From Candidatus Dormiibacterota bacterium (GTDB lineage: Bacteria > Chloroflexota > Dormibacteria > Aeolococcales > Aeolococcaceae): 64,000 nucleotides of DNA. The position numbers were made by a program, and so were the translations under genes. Positions 20,253 through 29,590 of the stretch are shown here, piece by piece (positions within the stretch are counted from its first letter, which is position 1; each line of letters begins with the position of its first letter). The stretch covers positions 5,502 to 69,501 of the forward strand of contig DATBPD010000107.1 of the NCBI GenBank assembly GCA_036561525.1, given 5' to 3'. Below the pieces are notes generated by a model, which was not told where the DNA came from, ran no database searches, and saw only the letters and a list, made by a program, of their open reading frames with translations.

Positions 20253-21278
20253 GTGACCGAGGAGCTGATGCGTGCGGCGCTGGAATCGATCGTCTGCGGC
20301 GAATCGCTGGGCGTCGGGACCGCGCGCGCGGTCATGGACCTGGTCATGGACGGCGCGGCGACCCAGGCGCAGATCGGCGGCCTCCTGGCAGCCCTGCGAA
20401 CCAAGGGCGAGTCCGTCGACGAGATCACCGGGATGGTGATGTCGATGCGCGACCACGCGACCGTGGTCGACCTCGAGCCCGGCGCCGTCGACACCTGCGG
20501 CACCGGCGGCGACGGCAGCAACACCTTCAACATCTCGACGGCGGCGGCATTGGTGGCAGCTGCCGCCGGCTGCCGCGTCGCCAAGCACGGCAACCGCGCG
20601 CAATCGTCACGGTGCGGCAGCGCCGACGTCCTCGAGGAGCTCGGTGTGCGCGTTGCGCTCGACGGCCCGGGTGTGCGCCGCTGCGTCGACGAGGCCGGGA
20701 TCGGTTTCATCTTCGCGCCCGCATTCCACCCCGCGATGCGGCACGCGGCCGCGGCTCGCCGCGAGCTTGGCATCCGCAACGTCTTCAACATTCTTGGACC
20801 GCTGGCCAATCCCGCCCGAGTCCGCCACCAGGCGCTCGGGGTGGCCGGCAATGCCCCGGTCGGCGTCATGGCGGGGGTGCTCCACCGGCTCGGCCACCTT
20901 CATGCGCTGGTATTCTCCGGACCCGGTGGTATGGACGAGCTCGGCCTTGATGGGGTGGCGCACGGCTACGAGGTCACGCCCGCCGGCGTGCGCGACATCG
21001 AGATCGATCCTCAAGGGCTCGGGCTGACCGCAGCGCCGGCGCAGGCGGTCGTCGGCGGGGATGCCACCACCAACGCCCGGGTCATCGTCGCAGTTCTCGA
21101 TGGCGCCACCGGCGCAGCCCGTGACGTGGTCCTGCTCAACGCCGCGGCGGCGATCGTCGCCGCGGATGCGGCCGAGGGGATGGCGGACGGGATCGAGCGC
21201 GCCCGCGCCGCCATCGATTCCGGGGCGGCGCGGGAAACGCTGCGCCGCCTCGTCGCCACCTCGCAGGCGGCCGGGTGA
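20253..21278 (+). CDS. trpD: anthranilate phosphoribosyltransferase
   Basis: DTCGTGGDGSNTFNIST, KHGNRA and NILGPLANP motifs are present. I chose the GTG at 20253 (ATG at 20268 is also possible). Confidence 0.9.
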   Translation: MTEELMRAALESIVCGESLGVGTARAVMDLVMDGAATQAQIGGLLAALRTKGESVDEITGMVMSMRDHATVVDLEPGAVDTCGTGGDGSNTFNISTAAALVAAAAGCRVAKHGNRAQSSRCGSADVLEELGVRVALDGPGVRRCVDEAGIGFIFAPAFHPAMRHAAAARRELGIRNVFNILGPLANPARVRHQALGVAGNAPVGVMAGVLHRLGHLHALVFSGPGGMDELGLDGVAHGYEVTPAGVRDIEIDPQGLGLTAAPAQAVVGGDATTNARVIVAVLDGATGAARDVVLLNAAAAIVAADAAEGMADGIERARAAIDSGAARETLRRLVATSQAAG

Positions 21279-21970
21279 GTCGCAGCGGCGAGCTGCTGCG
21301 CCTTCAGCAGATCGACGCGCGGCTGGCGCATGACTCGACGCGCCTGCGCGACGCGGAGGCGGAGATCGCCGGCGACCCAGAGCTCGACCGGCGACGGCGC
21401 GTGGCGCGCCGGGTGCGCCGCCAGCAGGCCACCGCGGACGCCGACCTCGCCAGCGCCGAACGGGAGGCGGATGGGCTGCGCAAGCGCGCGCGTGAGCTCG
21501 ACCGTCACCTCTATGACGGTTCGGTGGGCAATCCCCAGGAGCTGCTCGCCATGCAACACGAGCTGGCGGCGCTCCGCGCGCGCATCAGCAGCGAGGACGA
21601 CCGGCTGCTCGAGCTGATGCAACATGCCGAGTCCGCCGCGGGCGCGGAGCGCGATGCCAACGCCGCGATCGTCGACCTCGAACAGGAGCGTGCCGACCAC
21701 GCCGGCGAGCTGCTCGAGCGAGTGGCGGCCCTCCGCACCGCGATCGATCAGCACGAGCGCGAACGCGCCGACGTCATGGCCGCGCTGGACGCCGCCGACG
21801 CGTCGCTGTACCTGCGGCTCAGCCGTCGTGTGCAGCCGGCGGTGGTGCGCATCACGGGCGACAGCTGCGGCGGTTGTCACATCCCGTTCGCCAACTCCGA
21901 GGTGCGACGCATCCGGCTCGCCGACGAGCCCGCCCAATGTCCGCGTTGTGATCGCATCGTGGTGTCGTGA
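21275..21970 (+). CDS. coiled-coil / C4 zinc-ribbon protein (COG1579 family)
   Basis: It has long heptad-like helices followed by CGGCH...CPRC. It overlaps trpD and rnhA through GTGA junctions. Confidence 0.8.
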   Translation: MSRSGELLRLQQIDARLAHDSTRLRDAEAEIAGDPELDRRRRVARRVRRQQATADADLASAEREADGLRKRARELDRHLYDGSVGNPQELLAMQHELAALRARISSEDDRLLELMQHAESAAGAERDANAAIVDLEQERADHAGELLERVAALRTAIDQHERERADVMAALDAADASLYLRLSRRVQPAVVRITGDSCGGCHIPFANSEVRRIRLADEPAQCPRCDRIVVS

Positions 21971-22431
21971 GCGGCACCGTCGTCGTCTACACGGACGGGG
22001 CATGTTCGGGCAATCCCGGCGCGGGGGCGTGGGCATACCGAGTGGAGTGGCCGGACGGGTCCGTCGAGGAGGCCGCCGGAGCCGAGCCGATGACCACCAA
22101 CAACCGCGAGGAGCTCAAGGCGGTGCGCGAGGGCCTTCGGGCCGTCAGGGCGCGCATCCGAGAGGACCGTGACTGGCGGATCGTGGTGCGCACCGACAGC
22201 CTCGGTGTCATCAACTGGCTGCTGCGTCGCTGGAAGCGCAAGGCCAACCTCGACCTCTACCCGGGCATCGACGCCCTCGTCGACGGTCGCGTGGAGTTCG
22301 AGCACGTCCGCGGCCACAGCGGGGAGCCCGGCAATGAGCGCGTCGACGAGCTCGCCGTGGCCGCGGTTGCGCGTCAGCTCGCCAACGCACCCGCTGTGGC
22401 TCCACCGCAGGGCGAGCTTCCGCTCGACTGA
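21967..22431 (+). CDS. rnhA: ribonuclease HI
   Basis: YTDGAC.GNPG, TNNREEL, TDS and HSGEPGNERVDELA motifs are present. Confidence 0.9.
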   Translation: MSGTVVVYTDGACSGNPGAGAWAYRVEWPDGSVEEAAGAEPMTTNNREELKAVREGLRAVRARIREDRDWRIVVRTDSLGVINWLLRRWKRKANLDLYPGIDALVDGRVEFEHVRGHSGEPGNERVDELAVAAVARQLANAPAVAPPQGELPLD

Positions 22432-22440
22432 GGGGGGAGC

Positions 22441-22845
22441 GTGCAAGCCGGCCTGTAAGCCGGGTTCTGTCCCCGCCGCTTTGTTGACGACCCGCGGGTC
22501 GCCGCTCCCCGGCGACGGGGGACGGCCATCCATCTACGACGCCGATTGCCCGGCGCCTTCAGCGGCCTGACCCGGGACATGGAGCGAGCAGCCCCTGGGC
22601 GGCACGCCGCCCGTCCCTGTTCGGCCTTGCTCCGGACGGGGTTTACCTGGCCGGCCGGTCACCCGGCCGCCGGTGGGCTCTTACCCCACCATTTCACCGT
22701 TGCCGAGGCTTGCGCCCCGGCTGTGTCATTTCTGTGGCACTCTCCTTCGGGTCACCCCGACTGGGTGTTGCCCAGCGCCCTGCTCTGTGGAGCCCGGACT
22801 TTCCTCGGACGACGAGCGCCCGCGGCCGTCCGGCCGGCTTGCCAG
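22441..22845 (-). ncRNA. rnpB: RNase P RNA, bacterial type A
   Basis: The minus strand reads GAGGAAAGUCCGGGCUCCACAGAGCAGGG near the 5' end and ACAGAACCCGGCUUACAGGCCGGCUUGC at the 3' end. The P1 helix pairs GCAAGCCGGCC with GGCCGGCUUGC. GGUAAGAGCCCACC and AGCAAGGCCGAACAGGG blocks are present. The ends are approximate to about 5 nt. Confidence 0.9.
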
Positions 22846-22896
22846 CTGATGGTAACCCCGTCGGCGGGGCGGCGAATCCCGGTGTATGGTCCGCGC

Positions 22897-24648
22897 GTGT
22901 CCAGCGCAGCGCGACGTCTCCGCGGGTCACCGACGGTCCTCGCTGCACTTGCCTTCCTGATCCTGGCCATCGCCTACGTGTTCCCCGCGTGGCTCAACCC
23001 GGCTCACACATACCCGGGCTCGGGCGGCGACGCCCTGATGGACATGTGGTTTCTCGGCTGGCCGGCTCATGCGCTCGGCCACGGCGAGAGCCTGTTGCAG
23101 TCAGCGGTGATCAATCCCCCTACAGGCGTCAACCTTCTCTGGGGCCCGGCGATCACGCCGTGGGGAATCCTGATGTCTCCAGTCGTCGCCGCGTGGGGAC
23201 CTGTCGTGGCCTACAACGTCGCGGTGACGCTGGCGCTGGCCCTTGACGGGTTCGCAGTCTTCCTGTTGGCCCGCCGCTGCGCACGCGCTGGCGCTGTCCC
23301 GGCATTCGTCGCCGGTGCGATCTTCGTGTTCAGCCCCTTCATCACCGGTCACCTGCTCGGCCAGCTGCACCTGGCCGGCTGCTTCATGATCGCGCTGCTG
23401 CTCATCCTCGTGGACGAGCTGGTGGTGCGACGGCGCTACCCGGCGAGCCGGGTGGGCGCTCTGATCGGCGCTGCCTGCGGCCTCGAGTTTGCCCTCTCGT
23501 CCGAGTTGATGCTGACCACGCTGATCGCCGCGGGCGCCGTCGTGGCGGTGCTTGCGGCAACTCATCGCAGCGCGGTGCGATCGTCCGCAGGTCACGTGCT
23601 CCGCGGCTTGGCGGTGGCCGCCGCGGTTGCGCTTGTGCTCTGCGGCTACCCGCTCTGGTTCCAGTTGTTCGGCCCCCACGCGATCCCGCTCAACACGGTG
23701 ATCGGTGCACCGGCCGCGCGCGCGACAGACCTCGCCAACCTGGTGATTCCGACCAAGGAGAACCTGCTCTCACCGACCTTCCTCACGGGTCTCACCGCCG
23801 CCGCGGTGCGCGACCCGGAGGAGTGGACGGGCTTCCTCGGCGTGCCGGTGATCGCTCTGTGCGGTGTTGCGATCTGGCTCGACCGCCGGGATTCGATCAT
23901 GCGCGTCATCGCGATTGCCACCGCGTGCATGCTGGTGCTCAGCCTCGGCGCTCACCTCCATGTCGGCGGCCAGATCACCCCCATTCCGCTGCCGTGGCTG
24001 CTTGTGTCCCGGCTGCCGATCCTCAGCAATGTGCTCACCGAGAGGATGTCGGTCTTCGTCGACCTGGGCGTGGCGTTGATGATCGCTGTGTTCATCGAGC
24101 GCCATGTGCGCCGCGGGCACTCGCGGCTTCGGGCCGGCCTTGCCGTGGTTGTCGCCGGGGCGTCGCTGCTTCCTGTGCTGCCGCTTGGCGCCACCGCTGC
24201 GACAGCGCCGGCGCTCTTCACGTCCGCCACCGGTCACGCTTTGCTCGATGGCCGAACCGTGCTCGTGCTGCCATACCCAGCCGAGGAGCCGATCGCCAAT
24301 CCCATGCTGTGGCAGGCCGAGGCGGGCTACAGCTATTCGATGGTCGGCGGCTACATCTACATCGTCGGTCCGGACGGCACCGCTACGGTCGGCGGGACCG
24401 GGACAGCGGTCACCGCCGAGTCCTACAACGTCTCGCTGAACGCTGTTTCGCCGATCCCACGCACTGCGGCCGTTCGCGACACGATGCTGTCGGACCTCCG
24501 GGGGCGTGGCGTCAGCCTCATCGTGGTGGGCCCGTTCCAATCCGGCTCGAACAGCGCTGCCATACAGTTCGCCACCTGGCTGGCCGGCGTTGCGCCCGAG
24601 CACGAGCTCGGGGTCGATGTCTGGAGGATGCCCCGCGCGGGGAGTTGA
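22897..24648 (+). CDS. large polytopic membrane protein with C-terminal extracytoplasmic domain (GT-C-like, function unknown)
   Basis: It has about 12 hydrophobic segments. An acidic first-loop motif (GGDALMDMWFLGW) follows TM1. The tail is about 170 aa and non-hydrophobic. The start is GTG at 22897 or 22882. The upstream part of track ORF 22546 overlaps rnpB. Confidence 0.6.
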   Translation: MSSAARRLRGSPTVLAALAFLILAIAYVFPAWLNPAHTYPGSGGDALMDMWFLGWPAHALGHGESLLQSAVINPPTGVNLLWGPAITPWGILMSPVVAAWGPVVAYNVAVTLALALDGFAVFLLARRCARAGAVPAFVAGAIFVFSPFITGHLLGQLHLAGCFMIALLLILVDELVVRRRYPASRVGALIGAACGLEFALSSELMLTTLIAAGAVVAVLAATHRSAVRSSAGHVLRGLAVAAAVALVLCGYPLWFQLFGPHAIPLNTVIGAPAARATDLANLVIPTKENLLSPTFLTGLTAAAVRDPEEWTGFLGVPVIALCGVAIWLDRRDSIMRVIAIATACMLVLSLGAHLHVGGQITPIPLPWLLVSRLPILSNVLTERMSVFVDLGVALMIAVFIERHVRRGHSRLRAGLAVVVAGASLLPVLPLGATAATAPALFTSATGHALLDGRTVLVLPYPAEEPIANPMLWQAEAGYSYSMVGGYIYIVGPDGTATVGGTGTAVTAESYNVSLNAVSPIPRTAAVRDTMLSDLRGRGVSLIVVGPFQSGSNSAAIQFATWLAGVAPEHELGVDVWRMPRAGS

Positions 24649-24691
24649 CTCGCGGCGCCTGTGAAGAGATGTACACGCACATCTGTTCGCG

Positions 24692-24720
24692 TTGACGCGT
24701 TGAGTTCAGACTGCTACCTT
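24692..24720 (+). promoter_or_regulatory. candidate Pmra promoter (TTGACG-17 nt-TACCTT)
   Basis: This is the only good -35/-10 pair in the 165-bp gap upstream of mraZ. The -10 hexamer is weak. It is a prediction only. Confidence 0.3.
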
Positions 24721-24731
24721 TCCGCCACTGG

Positions 24732-24756
24732 TGGGGCGAAGTGGTGAAAAGTGGGG
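24732..24756 (+). promoter_or_regulatory. MraZ-box-like direct repeats (TGGGG-n5-TGGTG-n5-TGGGG)
   Basis: Three TGGKG pentamers occur at an exact 10-bp period, 58-82 nt upstream of the mraZ start and just downstream of the candidate -10. The architecture is the same as the TGGGN-n5 repeats bound by E. coli MraZ. Confidence 0.5.
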
Positions 24757-24813
24757 AAGAAGGGCACGAATGTGCGCAACCGGCGGCAGCGACGTGATCG
24801 GTGGGTCTGAGGC

Positions 24814-25266
24814 GTGTTCTACGGAAGCTTCCGCCATGCCGTCGACTCCAAGGGTCGCGTCGCCCTCCCTGCTCAGTTCCGCCGCGACCTCGCCGGTGCA
24901 GTGGTTGCCCCCGGCGCGGAAAACCGTCTCGTGATCAGGCCCGCCCAGGAGTGGCAGGAGTACGAGCGGCACTTCAGGCTCACGGCCGAGAGCTCGGCCG
25001 AGCAGCGCCTGTTCATGCGTCATCTCTACGCCGGTGCGCGCGAGGTCGAGGTCGATGCCCAGGGTCGCATCCTGCTCACACCCGACCACCGAACCTTCGC
25101 CCGCATCGAGGATCACGCCGTCTTCGTCGGTGTCTCCAACGTGGTGGAGATCGTCGGAGACGTGGTGTGGGACGCCGAACGGGGAGGTCTCGATGCGAAG
25201 ACCTTCACCGAGCTGGGCGATCGAGTTGGTCGCTCCGGCCCAGCCGTGCCGGACGACCCCGCGTGA
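24814..25266 (+). CDS. mraZ: transcriptional regulator MraZ
   Basis: It has two MraZ/AbrB-like repeats carrying DSKGRVALPAQFR and DAQGRILLTPDHR. Confidence 0.95.
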   Translation: MFYGSFRHAVDSKGRVALPAQFRRDLAGAVVAPGAENRLVIRPAQEWQEYERHFRLTAESSAEQRLFMRHLYAGAREVEVDAQGRILLTPDHRTFARIEDHAVFVGVSNVVEIVGDVVWDAERGGLDAKTFTELGDRVGRSGPAVPDDPA

Positions 25267-25302
25267 CCGCGGCCATCCGCAGAAAAGACGAAAAGGGTTT
25301 CC

Positions 25303-26310
25303 ATGTCGATCGTGGCCGACATGGACGACGACACCCCCGCCACGCCCGGTGGTCCGACGCCTGAGGCGACGGGTCACCGGCCGGTCCTTCTACACCCCCT
25401 CATAGAGAGCCTGCAGCCCCGGCCGGGGCAGACGTACGTCGACGGCACCCTGGGTGCCGGCGGGTATGCCGCCGCGTTCCTCGAACGCGTCCTCCCCGGC
25501 GGGCGCATCCTTGCGATCGACCGCGACCCGGCCGCCGTGGCCCTGGCGCGGCAACGCTTCGCAGACCACGGCGAGGCGATGGTCCCCGCCCATGGCGACT
25601 TCGCCGACATGGAGTCGATCGCCGTCCAGCACGGGTTTCCGAGTGTCGACGGCGTCGTGCTCGATCTCGGCATCTCCTCTCTGCAACTCGATGACCCGGT
25701 GCGTGGCTTCAGCTTCCGCCTCCCCGGTCCGCTCGACATGCGTATGGATTCCGGTTCGGGCGCCAGCGCAGCAGACATCGTCAACGAATGGCCCGAGGCT
25801 GACCTTGTCGCCCTGATCCGAACCTACGGGGAGGAGCGGTTCGCCCGCGGCATCGCCGCGGCGATCGTCCGCAGCCGAGCTGGGCACCCCATCGCCACCA
25901 CGACTCAGCTGAGTGAGGTGATCGAGCGGACCATCCCACGCCGCTTCTGGCCGAAGAGGATCCACCCGGCGACCCGTACATTCCAGGCGCTCCGCATCGA
26001 GGTCAACCACGAGCTGGAGAGCCTCACCGCGGGACTGCAGGCAGCAATTCGCATCATCCGGCCCGGTGGGCGTCTTGGGGTTGTCTCCTTCCACTCCCTT
26101 GAGGACACCATTGTCAAGAACGCACTCCACGTCGCAGCACAGAACTGTCTATGTCCGCCCCAACAGACACACTGCACCTGCGCTCACCGGGCCTCTCTTC
26201 TCCTCCTCAGCCGCAAGGCGATCAAGCCCGACGCCGCTGAGCTCGCCACCAACCCGCGAGCCCGCTCCGCCCGGCTGCGCATCGCCGAGAAGCTCGACGA
26301 CGCGCGCTGA
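25303..26310 (+). CDS. rsmH: 16S rRNA (cytosine1402-N4)-methyltransferase
   Basis: HRPVLL, DGTLGAGGY, DLGISSLQLD and SFHSLEDTIVK motifs are present. Confidence 0.95.
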   Translation: MSIVADMDDDTPATPGGPTPEATGHRPVLLHPLIESLQPRPGQTYVDGTLGAGGYAAAFLERVLPGGRILAIDRDPAAVALARQRFADHGEAMVPAHGDFADMESIAVQHGFPSVDGVVLDLGISSLQLDDPVRGFSFRLPGPLDMRMDSGSGASAADIVNEWPEADLVALIRTYGEERFARGIAAAIVRSRAGHPIATTTQLSEVIERTIPRRFWPKRIHPATRTFQALRIEVNHELESLTAGLQAAIRIIRPGGRLGVVSFHSLEDTIVKNALHVAAQNCLCPPQQTHCTCAHRASLLLLSRKAIKPDAAELATNPRARSARLRIAEKLDDAR

Positions 26311-26379
26311 TCCGCATCGTCGGTCATCCGTCCGCATCCGTCACCCACCCAACGCCTCACCCATACGGAGATTCGGGCA

Positions 26380-26871
26380 TTGCCCAAAAAGACGCGCCTT
26401 CAACTGCCTGCCGACGACCTCACCGGTGTCCCGCTGGACGAATCGCCAGCGCGCCGGACCCGCCTGCGCCGCGGCGGTCCGCGCACACCGCTTCCGTTGC
26501 TTCCGCTGATCGCTGCGCTTGCCGGGGTCGGTGTCGCCTACGTCAGCCAGAGCGCTCATTCCACCTCGGCGACGTACCAGGCGGTGGTGCTCTCTGACCA
26601 GAACCAGCAACTGCGCGGGCAGAATGCGCAGCTCGGCGATCAGCTGGCTCGCCTGGAGAGCGCCGAGCGCATCGTCGCCGCGGCTCAAAAGCTCGGCATG
26701 CGGCCGGCTGGGCACTGGTCCTACGTCAACGTGCCGCTCAAGCCGGTGGTGAAAGTTCCCGGGCCGCTGATCGCAGCGCAGCCGGGCGGTGGTGACCCGC
26801 TCCAGCAGTTCGTCGCCAGTGTCGGAGGCGCCCTCGGCGTCCGCTCCTCGGACCACGGGGCAGGAGGGTGA
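26380..26871 (+). CDS. ftsL: FtsL-like cell division protein
   Basis: It is in the right position between rsmH and ftsI. It has a single TM helix, a Gln/Leu-rich coiled coil and a C-terminal AERIVAAAQKLGMRP motif. TTG start. Confidence 0.65.
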   Translation: MPKKTRLQLPADDLTGVPLDESPARRTRLRRGGPRTPLPLLPLIAALAGVGVAYVSQSAHSTSATYQAVVLSDQNQQLRGQNAQLGDQLARLESAERIVAAAQKLGMRPAGHWSYVNVPLKPVVKVPGPLIAAQPGGGDPLQQFVASVGGALGVRSSDHGAGG

Positions 26872-28631
26872 GCCGGCGTCGCACCGACAGCCAACCGCCC
26901 GGGGTGCGCGGCTGGTTCGCGCCTGAGGCACCCGACTTCCGACACCGCAGCATGTGGCTGGTGCTGGCATTCGCGGCGATGGCCGGCACCGTCTGCGTGC
27001 GGCTCTTCGATGTGCAGGTGCGTCAGCACGCCCAGCTCGCGGCCACGGCGACCGCCCTCCACCAGAAGTCGGTCGTCATCCCGGCGACGCGGGGCCGCAT
27101 CCTCGACAGCACCGGAAGGGTGCTGGTCAGCAACCAGACCGTCTACGACGTCTACGCCGACCCCGGCTTGATCGCGGTGACCACTCGCGGCGATGTCGCC
27201 CGCCAGCTGGCGCCGGTGCTGTCAGCGGACGCGACCACGATCCTGGGACTCATCTCAGAACAGACGCGCTTCGTGTACCTGGCCAAGGGGGTCTCACAGG
27301 CGGTGACCGACCGGCTGTCCGCGCTCAACCTTCCGGGGATCGTCGTGGAACCGGCCACGCAGCGGGTCTATGAGCCCTCACCGGTCCCGGGTGCCTCATT
27401 CGCCGCCAACCTGCTCGGCTACGTCAACAGCGACGGCCACGGCCAGTACGGGGTCGAGTCCTACTACGACCGCATCCTGCACGGCACCGACGGCCGCCAG
27501 TCGACGGTGCGGGACGTGACCGGCAACTCGATCACGTTGAGCAACGACCCGCAGGCGAATGCGCGCAACGGCCAGGACCTTCAGCTTGGGCTCGACTCCC
27601 AGTTGCAGTACTGGGCCGAGCAGGCACTCGCCCAGGGGGTTGCCAGCGCCCAGGCAGCGTCAGGGACGCTGATCATGATGGACACCAAGACGGGCGTCAT
27701 CAAAGCCTGGGCCCAGGCCCCGACGTACGACGCCAACGCCTACTGGAGCTCGTCGATCGGCAACCTTCGCGACCTCGCCGTGTCGAATGTCTATGAGCCG
27801 GGATCGGTCGAGAAGGTGATCACCTTTGCCGGTGGCCTCAACACCCGTGCGATCACCCCCGGGTACACGTTCAACGAGGGTCCCACGACCATCGACGGCG
27901 CCACCATCCACGACTGGGACAACCGCGCGCACGGCACCATCAACATGCAGTATGTGCTCGACGAGTCGCTCAACAACGGCGCCATCAAGGTCGGCCAGCT
28001 GATGGGCCCCGACGCCTTCTACCGCAACCTGCTGTCCTTCGGCGTGGGCGCACCGACCGGCGTCGACCTGGCCGGCGAGCAGAATGTGCCGCTCGCGCCG
28101 CAGAGCACCCAGAGCCCGCTTGACCTCGCTGAGGCGGCATTCGGCCAGCACATCCAGGTGACCCCGATCGAGATTCTCGCCGCCGTCAACGCCGTCGGCA
28201 ATGGAGGTGTGTGGGTCCAGCCACACGCGGTGCAGGCGGTCATCGACCCCACCACCGGCAGGTCGACAGCGGTCAAGCCGACCAGTCGCCGGGTGATCTC
28301 GACCGCGGCCGCGGGCACCCTGGCGCAGATGATGACCGGCGTGGTCGAGGACCGCGGCGCCGAGGGTTCGCTCGCTCGAATCCCAGCTTTCAAAGGCGAG
28401 GTGGCCGGCAAGACCGGCACCGCCAGCGTCGCGCAGAACGGTCGTTACGGCTCCAACCTCGTGGTGTCGTTCGCCGGCTTCCTCCCCGCCAAGAACCCTC
28501 GATTCACAATGTTGGTGGTGCTCAACTACCCGCAGGAGACGAGGGTGCAGCGGTTCGGCGCGACGCTCGCCGCGCCGGTCTGGAAGCAGGTCGCCCAGGT
28601 GGCCATCGACGAGTGGCGCATCCTGCCGTGA
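26868..28631 (+). CDS. ftsI: penicillin-binding protein 2 / FtsI-type transpeptidase
   Basis: It has an N-terminal anchor and a PBP dimerisation region. The three motifs are SxxK (GSVEK), SxN (SLN) and KTG (GKTGTA). Confidence 0.9.
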   Translation: MSRRRTDSQPPGVRGWFAPEAPDFRHRSMWLVLAFAAMAGTVCVRLFDVQVRQHAQLAATATALHQKSVVIPATRGRILDSTGRVLVSNQTVYDVYADPGLIAVTTRGDVARQLAPVLSADATTILGLISEQTRFVYLAKGVSQAVTDRLSALNLPGIVVEPATQRVYEPSPVPGASFAANLLGYVNSDGHGQYGVESYYDRILHGTDGRQSTVRDVTGNSITLSNDPQANARNGQDLQLGLDSQLQYWAEQALAQGVASAQAASGTLIMMDTKTGVIKAWAQAPTYDANAYWSSSIGNLRDLAVSNVYEPGSVEKVITFAGGLNTRAITPGYTFNEGPTTIDGATIHDWDNRAHGTINMQYVLDESLNNGAIKVGQLMGPDAFYRNLLSFGVGAPTGVDLAGEQNVPLAPQSTQSPLDLAEAAFGQHIQVTPIEILAAVNAVGNGGVWVQPHAVQAVIDPTTGRSTAVKPTSRRVISTAAAGTLAQMMTGVVEDRGAEGSLARIPAFKGEVAGKTGTASVAQNGRYGSNLVVSFAGFLPAKNPRFTMLVVLNYPQETRVQRFGATLAAPVWKQVAQVAIDEWRILP

Positions 28632-29590
28632 GGCACGCCGCGGTGGTGCTCGGCCTGGCGCTGCTTGCCGGAGTTGCCCTCTACCCATGGTTGATCACGC
28701 AGCTGGCACGCCATGGGGCCGGGCAGCGCGTGCAGGCGTACAGCCCGACCACGCACGTCATCAAGGAGGGGACGCCGACCATGGGTGGCGTGCTCTTCTG
28801 CGCGATCGTCGCCGCCGCATGGCTGGCCTTCGACCGCAGCCGGCTGGGCTTCGTCATGGTCTTTGCGCTTGGCGCGGGCGCGTTGCTCGGCCTGCTCGAT
28901 GACCGCGCCAACATCCACGGCCGCGGCGTGTTCGGGCTCGGCGCACGGGAGAAGTTGGCGTTCCAGGCCTTCATCGGCCTGCTGGTCGGCATCGGCCTCG
29001 ACGTCGTCGGCGCCACCCGCCAGTACGTGCCAGGTCTCGGAGCGCCCGACCTGCACGGCGCTGGCATCATCCTGGCGAGCATTGTCGCTGTGGTCGCGGT
29101 GAGCAACGCGGTCAACCTCACCGACGGGGTCGACGGACTCGCAGCCAGCTGCGCAGCCGTGGTGTTCGCCGGGCTCCTCGCCATCGCGCTGCATCAGCAC
29201 GCGTTGCCGGCGGTTGTGGTCAGCGCCGCCCTGGTTGGCGGGCTGGTGGCCTTCCTGCTCTTCAACTGGTTCCCGGCGCGCCTCTTCATGGGCGACACCG
29301 GGTCACTGGCGCTTGGTTGTGCGCTCGTCGCCGTCGCCGCCGAGCTCCACATTCTCTGGCTGCTGCCGCTGATGGGCATTGTGTTCGTCGCCGAGACCCT
29401 GAGCGTGATCATCAACGTGACCGCGGTCAGGCGCTTCAGGCGCAGAATCCTGCGGGCCAGCCCTCTGCATCATCACTTCGAGGAGCTGGGGCTGCGTGAG
29501 CAGCGGCTGGTGGTGTGCTTCACCGCCGCCGCCGCGGTGGGCACGTTGCTCACCGTCCTCTACGCTCGCGCGCGTGGAGTGGTGGGGTGA
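28628..29590 (+). CDS. mraY: phospho-N-acetylmuramoyl-pentapeptide transferase
   Basis: TPTMGG, NAVNLTDGVDGLA and PLHHHFE motifs are present. A GTGA overlap joins it to the ftsI stop. Confidence 0.95.
   Translation: MRHAAVVLGLALLAGVALYPWLITQLARHGAGQRVQAYSPTTHVIKEGTPTMGGVLFCAIVAAAWLAFDRSRLGFVMVFALGAGALLGLLDDRANIHGRGVFGLGAREKLAFQAFIGLLVGIGLDVVGATRQYVPGLGAPDLHGAGIILASIVAVVAVSNAVNLTDGVDGLAASCAAVVFAGLLAIALHQHALPAVVVSAALVGGLVAFLLFNWFPARLFMGDTGSLALGCALVAVAAELHILWLLPLMGIVFVAETLSVIINVTAVRRFRRRILRASPLHHHFEELGLREQRLVVCFTAAAAVGTLLTVLYARARGVVG

Noticed and set aside
22546-22896. The N-terminal 117 codons of track ORF 22546-24648.
   Set aside because: This stretch is the complement of the RNase P RNA gene (GAGGAAAGUCCGGGCUCC and related blocks). 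The membrane protein more plausibly starts at GTG 22882 or 22897.
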